Source: Archaeoglobus fulgidus DSM 4304 (GTDB taxonomy: Archaea > Halobacteriota > Archaeoglobi > Archaeoglobales > Archaeoglobaceae). Taken from it: a stretch of 32,000 nucleotides of DNA. A model generated the notes under the pieces. That model ran no database searches. It saw only the letters and a program-made list of their open reading frames with translations, and was not told the origin of the DNA. The position numbers and the translations under genes are program-made. The stretch lies in the NCBI RefSeq assembly GCF_000008665.1, contig NC_000917.1:1320001-1352000 (forward strand), in the 5' to 3' direction. Of this stretch, positions 25,963 to 32,000 are shown piece by piece; the first letter of the stretch is position 1; each line of letters opens with the position of its first letter.

Positions 25963-27834
25963 TTAATTACTTTTTGCAGGCTTAATCGCTCTGTTCGGAC
26001 AGATTTTCGCGCAGACAGCACATCCCACGCAGAGGGACTGGTCAATGCTGACCTTTTCACCGTCAAAAATCAGTGCCGGACAGGCGAAGGTGTTGACACA
26101 CTCCATGCAGAGAGTGCAGTCCTCTGTAACCTTGTAAGTTACAATCTTACCCTCCCTTCTCCTCGCCCTCGACCAAAGTATCGCGCAGGGCTGCCTCGCA
26201 ATAACCACCGCAACTCCATCGTGATTCAAAGCCCTCCTCAGCACGTCAACCATCTTTCTGACATTGTAGGGGTTCACCACCTCAACAAACTCAACACCGC
26301 ATCCCCTCACAATGTCCTCAATCCTGACAGCCTTTCCTGCCTCTCCGCATCCCCTGAAGCCCGTCCCCGGATGTGGCTGATGTCCCGTCATTCCTGTGGT
26401 GGAGTTGTCGAGGATTACCAGCACGAAATCAGCGTGGTTGTACACGGCATTTATCAGCGGTGGAATGCCAGCGTGGATGAAGGTAGAATCCCCAATCGTT
26501 GCTATGATTTTGTTGTTAAGAACATGAGCAAGGCCATTTGAGACTCCAACGCTTGCACCCATGCAGATTGTTATGTCCACCCCCTCAAGGGGCTTATTTA
26601 TCCCGAGAGTGTAGCAGCCGATGTCGCTGGGCAAAGCTGCATCTCCAAGCTCGTCAACAACTCTCCGTATCGCATAGAAGGAGGCCGAGTGGGGACAGCC
26701 GGGACAGAGAACTGGAGGTCTTGGCGGAGCTTTTGCGGCAAGCTTTTGCGATTCTGCAACAATGCCCTCATAATCTCTGCTCGGTTTAATTCCAAGAGCC
26801 TTGGCAATCCCCGTCTCAACTCTCCCCACGTTGTATTCATAGTTCATGGGCATGTAGCCGTTCATCTTGCCGTAAACCTCGGCCAGTCCCATCGCTCTAA
26901 CATGAAGCTCCACAAATGGGTCAACCTCCTCAACGACTATGACCTTCTTCATCTGGGATACAAAATTCTCAATAAGCCTCTCTGGCAGAGGGTGCATTGA
27001 CGAGAGCTTCAAAACGGGCAGGTTTAGATTCAGGTTCTCGAGAGCCTCCTTGGTGTAGGCGTAGCTCAGACCGCAGGCAATAATGCCAACATCCCCATCC
27101 CCCTCATCAACCCAGTTCATCTCAGAGCTGTTGAAATACCTCTCAATCTTCTCCAGCTTCTCCAGCAAAATTGGCTTCAACTTTCTCGCATGAGCGGGCA
27201 AAACCACATCGGTTTCGGGATGCCTCTCCCACTCAACCCTGCTGAACTCCTTCTCAGGGATTTTTCCAAGCTCAACGACACCGCTTGCATGGCTCAGCCT
27301 CGTGTAGCTCCTCAAAATCATTGGCAGGCCGAATTTTTCGGAAAGGTCAAAGCAGAGCTTTGCATAGTCCTTAGCCTCCTGCACGCTTGACGGTTCAACA
27401 ACAGGAAGCTTTGCAGCTTTTCCGTACCACCTGTTGTCCTGCTCGTTCTGGCTGCTGTGCATTGATGGGTCGTCTGCGGTGACAAGCACAAACCCACCTC
27501 TCGCACCAACGTAGGCAAAGCTGAAGAGAGGGTCAGCAGCAACATTAACTCCAACGTGCTTCATCGTTGCCATTGCTCTTTTTCCAGCAAGAGAAGCTCC
27601 AACGGCAACCTCAAAGGCAACCTTTTCGTTTGCAGAGTACTCCATGTAAAAATCCATCTTTCCTCTCAGAAGCCTGCAAGCATCGCTCAGAGTATCGGCA
27701 ATTTCAGATGAGGGGGTGCCGGGATAAGCGGCAAAAACGTCAATTCCAGCCTCTATTGCTCCTCTCGCAATGGCTTCATTGCCGAGCAGAAATACCTTTT
27801 CACCCTCTGCGTCTCTGACAACATCGTTGAGCAT
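25963..27834 (-). CDS. iorA: Indolepyruvate ferredoxin oxidoreductase alpha subunit
   Basis: LLGNEAIARGAIEAGIDVFAAYPGTPSSEI; TPP region GDSTFIHAGIPPLINAVYN; C-terminal 2x[4Fe-4S] CTLCMECVNTFACP / CVGCAVCAKICP. Confidence 0.93.
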   Translation of the reverse strand: MLNDVVRDAEGEKVFLLGNEAIARGAIEAGIDVFAAYPGTPSSEIADTLSDACRLLRGKMDFYMEYSANEKVAFEVAVGASLAGKRAMATMKHVGVNVAADPLFSFAYVGARGGFVLVTADDPSMHSSQNEQDNRWYGKAAKLPVVEPSSVQEAKDYAKLCFDLSEKFGLPMILRSYTRLSHASGVVELGKIPEKEFSRVEWERHPETDVVLPAHARKLKPILLEKLEKIERYFNSSEMNWVDEGDGDVGIIACGLSYAYTKEALENLNLNLPVLKLSSMHPLPERLIENFVSQMKKVIVVEEVDPFVELHVRAMGLAEVYGKMNGYMPMNYEYNVGRVETGIAKALGIKPSRDYEGIVAESQKLAAKAPPRPPVLCPGCPHSASFYAIRRVVDELGDAALPSDIGCYTLGINKPLEGVDITICMGASVGVSNGLAHVLNNKIIATIGDSTFIHAGIPPLINAVYNHADFVLVILDNSTTGMTGHQPHPGTGFRGCGEAGKAVRIEDIVRGCGVEFVEVVNPYNVRKMVDVLRRALNHDGVAVVIARQPCAILWSRARRREGKIVTYKVTEDCTLCMECVNTFACPALIFDGEKVSIDQSLCVGCAVCAKICPNRAIKPAKSN

Positions 27835-27924
27835 GGCGGCAGTTTATAAGAGGAATTAAAACGTTTCCCCTTCTGTCTGTGCTTTTTAATTTTGAAATTT
27901 TATCTGCCCATTTCAGAGAACCGA

Positions 27925-28000
27925 TAACTTAAAATACCTCTCCACTACTCCCTAAGGAGTCCGTAGGAGGCTACGGCCGCTGGGACTACGGGGTGGTAAG
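27925..28000 (+). promoter_or_regulatory. Promoter and structured leader of rpl1 operon
   Basis: TATA-like acttaaaatac; perfect hairpin ccgtag-gagg-ctacgg (27961-27976) with alternative partners at 27983-27991. Confidence 0.5.
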
Positions 28001-28648
28001 ATGATAGTGGATAAGGATAAACTTGTCAAGTCGATAGAGGAAGCTATTAAGAACGGAAAGAAAAGGAGATTTGTAGAAACGGTTGAGATGGCAGTTAACC
28101 TCAGAAATGTGGACATGAAGAAGCCTGAGAACAGAATTGACACTGTCGTAAACCTACCTCATGGCTTGGGGAAGCCAAGGAAAATCGGCGTTTTTGCGAA
28201 GGGTGACACAGCCCTGAAGGCTAAGGAGGCGGGTGCAGACGTTGTTATTACTCCAGAGGAGATCGATGAGCTTGCGAAGGACAAGAGAAGAGCGAAGAAG
28301 CTTGCGAATTCAATCGACTTCTTCATTGCCGAGGCTCCGCTGATGCCCGAAATCGGTAGAAAGCTCGGCCCTGTTTTGGGGCCGAGGGGCAAGATTCCGC
28401 AGCCGATTCCCCCGCTCGCTGACCCAAAGCCCTTCATTGACAGACTGAGAAACTCTGTGAAGATAAGGACGAGAGATAAGACAACTTTCCACGCACCCAT
28501 CGGCAGCGAGAACATGGACGTCGAGAAGATAGCGGAGAATGCTATGGAAATTTTAAAAGTCGTGGAAAACAAGTATGAGAATCCCACGCAGGTTGTCAAG
28601 TCAGTGTATGTGAAGAAAACAATGGGTCCTGCAGTGAGGGTGGTGTAA
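28001..28648 (+). CDS. rpl1: Ribosomal protein L1 (uL1)
   Basis: AVNLRNVDMKKPENRIDTVVNLPHG...LGPRGKIPQPIP...KVYVKKTMGPAVRV. Confidence 0.95.
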   Translation: MIVDKDKLVKSIEEAIKNGKKRRFVETVEMAVNLRNVDMKKPENRIDTVVNLPHGLGKPRKIGVFAKGDTALKAKEAGADVVITPEEIDELAKDKRRAKKLANSIDFFIAEAPLMPEIGRKLGPVLGPRGKIPQPIPPLADPKPFIDRLRNSVKIRTRDKTTFHAPIGSENMDVEKIAENAMEILKVVENKYENPTQVVKSVYVKKTMGPAVRVV

Positions 28649-29668
28649 ATGGCCGCAGTTAGAGGCTCTCCTCCAGAGTATAAGGTTAGGGCTGTCGAGG
28701 AAATCAAGAGGATGATTTCGTCAAAGCCAGTTGTGGCTATAGTAAGCTTCAGAAACGTACCTGCTGGCCAGATGCAAAAAATAAGGAGGGAGTTTAGGGG
28801 TAAAGCCGAGATAAAGGTCGTTAAGAACACCCTTCTTGAAAGGGCGCTTGATGCCCTCGGAGGGGACTACCTCAAGCTTAAAGATTATCTGGGAGACCAG
28901 ATTGCCATAATTACTGCGGACGAAAATCCTTTCAGGCTTTTCAGAATGATTGAGGATACTAAGGTTCCCTCTCCGCTCAAGCCGAATCAGGTTTCTCCTG
29001 TCGATGTCGTCGTCAACGAGGGGCCAACGCCAATACCTCCCGGCCCGCTGATGGCTGAGCTTCAGATGGCAGGATTGCCCGTTGCCATTGAGAAGGGCAA
29101 AGTTGTCGTTAAGGCCACCACAACCGTCGTAAAGGCCGGAGAGGTCGTTAGGCCGGAAGTTGCCAGAGCGTTAGAAAGGCTCGACATTAAGCCAATCAAA
29201 ATAGGGCTTGATGTTAAGGCAATGCTTGATTCCGGAGTCATTCTCACACCTGAGACGCTGGCCATAGATACTGAGAAGGTGCTTGAAGACTTCCAGAGAG
29301 CGTACCAGATGGCGCTCAACCTTGCCGTTAACTCCGCTTACGTCACTGAAGAGACTGCCGAGATACTCATAATGAAGGCTGTGATGGATGCCAGAAACCT
29401 TGCAATCAACGCAGGAATCTTCGAGAAGGGAGTGATGGAAGACATACTTATGAAGGCCCATGCGGAGATGCTCTCCCTCGCATCACTGCTACCAGACGAG
29501 GCCTTGGACGAGGAGCTCAAGTCAATGCTTTCCGGAATCGCAGAAGCTGCGGCTCAGGCTACTCCGTCAGTAGAGGAAAGGGAAGAGGAAGAAAAACCTG
29601 AAGAGGAGGAAGAAGAAGAGGAGAAGGAAGAGGAGGCAATTGAAGGTTTAGGTGCATTATTTGGTTAA
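28649..29668 (+). CDS. rplP0: Ribosomal protein L10 / P0 (uL10)
   Basis: Archaeal P0 with acidic tail [19 protein letters not shown]; abuts L1 stop codon. Confidence 0.95.
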   Translation: MAAVRGSPPEYKVRAVEEIKRMISSKPVVAIVSFRNVPAGQMQKIRREFRGKAEIKVVKNTLLERALDALGGDYLKLKDYLGDQIAIITADENPFRLFRMIEDTKVPSPLKPNQVSPVDVVVNEGPTPIPPGPLMAELQMAGLPVAIEKGKVVVKATTTVVKAGEVVRPEVARALERLDIKPIKIGLDVKAMLDSGVILTPETLAIDTEKVLEDFQRAYQMALNLAVNSAYVTEETAEILIMKAVMDARNLAINAGIFEKGVMEDILMKAHAEMLSLASLLPDEALDEELKSMLSGIAEAAAQATPSVEEREEEEKPEEEEEEEEKEEEAIEGLGALFG

Positions 29669-29683
29669 AAGGAGGTGTTGAGA

Positions 29684-30004
29684 ATGGAGTATGTGTATGC
29701 GGCTCTCCTGCTGCACTCCGCTGGTAAGGAGATAACCGAGGACAACGTAAAGGCAGTTCTTGAAGCTGCGGGCGTGGAAGTGGATGAGGCCAGAGTCAAG
29801 GCCCTTGTTGCCGCGCTTGAGGGTGTGAACATCGACGAGGCCATCCAGAAGGCAGCAATGCCGATGGCAGTGGCAGCAGCGCCAGCAGCTGCAGCGGCAG
29901 CACCGGCGGAGGAAGCGAAAGAAGAGGCCAAAGAGGAGGAAGAGGAGGAAGAGGAAGTCAAGGAAGAAGAGGCCATCGAGGGGCTCGGAGCCCTCTTTGG
30001 TTAA
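29684..30004 (+). CDS. rpl12: Ribosomal protein L12/P1
   Basis: [47 protein letters not shown]...[12 protein letters not shown]; RBS ggaggtg at 29671, ATG at 29684 preferred. Confidence 0.95.
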   Translation: MEYVYAALLLHSAGKEITEDNVKAVLEAAGVEVDEARVKALVAALEGVNIDEAIQKAAMPMAVAAAPAAAAAAPAEEAKEEAKEEEEEEEEVKEEEAIEGLGALFG

Positions 30005-30223
30005 TTTTTTGTAAAAATTTAAAATTTTTAGATATATTTCTTTTCTGCGATTTTCATTTTTCCCTCATCCCAACATTGCATCAACATCTTAACTTCGTTC
30101 CCATTTAGGGGCTTGCAGACATCACATGTTTGAGAAAATATTGTTCTGATGGAAGTTCGATAGAAAAGTATATATATACCTAATACTAAATTTTGTATCG
30201 AAAAGAGATAGGAGGTGTGTTGG

Positions 30224-30427
30224 ATGGCTGAGTTGCCGATGGCACCGGTTGACAGATTGATTAGGAAGGCTGGGGCTGAGAGAGTAAGTGCAGATGCAGT
30301 GGAAAAGATGGTCGAAGTGCTTGAGGACTACGCAATTACCGTTGCTAAGAAAGCTGTGGAAATTGCGAAGCACTCTGGCAGAAAGACCGTCACTGCGGAC
30401 GACATTAAGCTCGCTCTCTCGATGTAA
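30224..30427 (+). CDS. Archaeal histone
   Basis: [65 protein letters not shown]; ATG at 30224 after RBS ggaggtg. Confidence 0.95.
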   Translation: MAELPMAPVDRLIRKAGAERVSADAVEKMVEVLEDYAITVAKKAVEIAKHSGRKTVTADDIKLALSM

Positions 30428-30452
30428 AAATTTTAAATTTACCTTAAATTTT

Positions 30453-31160
30453 TTAGACGACTTCAAAAGCGTTTTCGAAGATTTCCTGATGCTCGTGGGG
30501 CTTGACCAGAAATTCTAGCTTTTCTATGGTGTAAACGAGGTCGTACATGTCCCCCTTAACATCCAGCACGTTTTTGGGTTTCGCAAACCTTATTTCTGGA
30601 GCATCATCGTAGTTCCTGTTTCTGACCCACTCCCCGTTGATGTAGTAGTAGCAAGCGCCCCTCCTCTTCGTGTAGGGTTCGTAGATGGAGCTGAAGTTCC
30701 TGCACACCCAGTTTGCGGTGATTAAATCGCTCTCAGTCGGGTTAATGGTCACGTGACCGTAGTTTGGTGGAATTATTACTGTGTCCCACTTCTTCCCCTC
30801 AACGACTATCACATCCTCGATTTTTCCGTTTGAAGGCTTTTGCAGTATGAAAAGGGCCTCTCCCTCAAGCACCTGGTAAACTTCAGGATAGGTAAAGCCC
30901 CTTACAACTTCCGGATGATAGTGGCCGTAAGTTTTAATGCTCTCTCCACCTATGTTGTTTGGCGGTATAACCGTGTAGTCGTATCTCAGCCCTGCATTTC
31001 TGATAATCTCCGCCTCCTCGTCTGTTTTGAAGGAATCCCTGAACATGTAGTAAGCGTCAAAATCTTCCTTAAGTGCTTCGGGAAAAGCAAGAACGGGTTT
31101 TAAATCAGAGGCTTTTCTAACCTCTGACTGAAAAACCTTCTTTCCGAAAACAAACTCCAT
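30453..31160 (-). CDS. pgiA: Archaeal cupin-type glucose-6-phosphate isomerase (C-terminally extended)
   Basis: TVIPPNNIGGESIKTYGHYHPEV...YQVLEGEALFILQ...VIIPPNYGHVTINP. Confidence 0.88.
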   Translation of the reverse strand: MEFVFGKKVFQSEVRKASDLKPVLAFPEALKEDFDAYYMFRDSFKTDEEAEIIRNAGLRYDYTVIPPNNIGGESIKTYGHYHPEVVRGFTYPEVYQVLEGEALFILQKPSNGKIEDVIVVEGKKWDTVIIPPNYGHVTINPTESDLITANWVCRNFSSIYEPYTKRRGACYYYINGEWVRNRNYDDAPEIRFAKPKNVLDVKGDMYDLVYTIEKLEFLVKPHEHQEIFENAFEVV

Positions 31161-31233
31161 GATTAAAAAAAGAGCCGGATGTATTTAAAGCTTGTTCAGA
31201 AAGGTATTATAGCAGGTTGTGTGAAGAATTAAC

Positions 31234-31647
31234 ATGAAATACAGATTCATAGACCACACCGCAGACATAGCCTTCGAGGTTTACGGTTCAAACTTGAGGG
31301 AGTTATTCGAGAATGCTGCTCTCGCCTTTTATGATGCTTTTGTTGACACATCAGGAATTGGAATAGAAAGGGAAGTTGGGGTTGAGTGCGAGGGGGAGGA
31401 TGTGGAGATCACGCTTTACAGATGGCTGAACGAGCTGCTCTACCTCTTTGACACCGAATTCTTCGCCGCAAAGGATGTGGAGGTTGAGGTTGAGGAGGGT
31501 GATGGGGTCAAGGCGTCGGGAAAGCTCAGGGGAGGGAGGTTCAGCGCCGAAATGGTCAAGGTTGAGCCCAAGGCGATAACTCTGCACAAGTTCAGAGTGG
31601 AGAAAACAGATAAGGGATACGTTGCTTTCGTCGTTGTGGACATATGA
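31234..31647 (+). CDS. Archease
   Basis: MKYRFIDHTADIAFEVYGSNLRELFENAALAFYDAFVD. Confidence 0.9.
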   Translation: MKYRFIDHTADIAFEVYGSNLRELFENAALAFYDAFVDTSGIGIEREVGVECEGEDVEITLYRWLNELLYLFDTEFFAAKDVEVEVEEGDGVKASGKLRGGRFSAEMVKVEPKAITLHKFRVEKTDKGYVAFVVVDI

Positions 31648-32000
31648 AGGAAATCTATCTTCCCCTGCACCACGGAAAGGCACCTCACTGGCTGCTCAGC
31701 AGAATGAAAAAGCTGGCAAAGCCCATAGTCAAGCTAATAGTCCTCGAATACGGAGAAAGGGAGTTTCTCGAAAGGCTTTCCAATCCTATATTCTTCCAGT
31801 CTCTTTCAAACGTCCTCGGATTTGATTGGAATTCAAGTGGTGTTACGACGGTCCTTACAGGAGTTCTGAAAGCGGTAATCAACAACGAGGAATTCGACAT
31901 AAGGATTGCAGGGGGCAAGGGAGGCAATGCTCTCAAAACACCAGAGGAGATTATGAATTACTCTGAGCAGATCGGGGCTGATGGGGAAAAGCTGGTTGAG
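31644..32000 (+). CDS. DUF763-family protein (truncated by window end)
   Basis: ATG overlaps archease stop; MKEIYLPLHHGKAPHWLLSRMKKLAKPIVKLIVLEYG...IRIAGGKGGNALKTPEEI; open to window end. Confidence 0.75.
   Translation, partial: MKEIYLPLHHGKAPHWLLSRMKKLAKPIVKLIVLEYGEREFLERLSNPIFFQSLSNVLGFDWNSSGVTTVLTGVLKAVINNEEFDIRIAGGKGGNALKTPEEIMNYSEQIGADGEKLVE

Noticed and set aside
28159-28830. 223-aa minus-strand ORF opposite rpl1
   Set aside because: Ribosomal protein coding on the other strand is certain; Ser/Leu-rich shadow.
29571-29980. Highly repetitive GAGGAA tracts
   Set aside because: These encode the normal acidic tails shared by archaeal L10 and L12 ([12 protein letters not shown]), not a DNA repeat element.
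1-32000. CRISPR array, IS element or prophage
   Set aside because: No regularly spaced repeats, transposase, integrase or terminal inverted repeats were seen.

Overview
This 32 kb window looks like hyperthermophilic, Archaeoglobus-like archaeal chromosome; that assignment is inferred from the protein families. I see no CRISPR array and no clear transposon. The right part (about 21.6-32 kb) is mostly housekeeping: a TGT-family tRNA-guanine transglycosylase, archaeal-type PEP carboxylase, NadM, IorA, ribosomal proteins L1/L10/L12, histone, cupin-type G6P isomerase, archease and DUF763. There is one tRNA-Thr at each end of the window. The middle holds signalling proteins (CheY, RR-PAS-GAF and multi-PAS kinases), a LuxE-like/TspO pair, and a vapBC locus next to decaying vapBC remnants. 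The left part (0.4-12.4 kb) is the most unusual. It carries a redox module (ferredoxin, ferric-reductase-like membrane protein split by a 15-T homopolymer, Tat-signal flavoprotein), tandem secreted Met-rich/coiled-coil paralogs, a broken DUF1566/Lcl gene, a DAPG-hydrolase-like protein, a sensorless kinase, and a MacB-like exporter plus MATE. Four promoters in this 6 kb share a near-identical element, TGGAC-N6-TGCACAT, 19 nt upstream of the TATA box, which suggests a compact undescribed regulon. All calls come from reading the sequence; no searches or folding programs were run.
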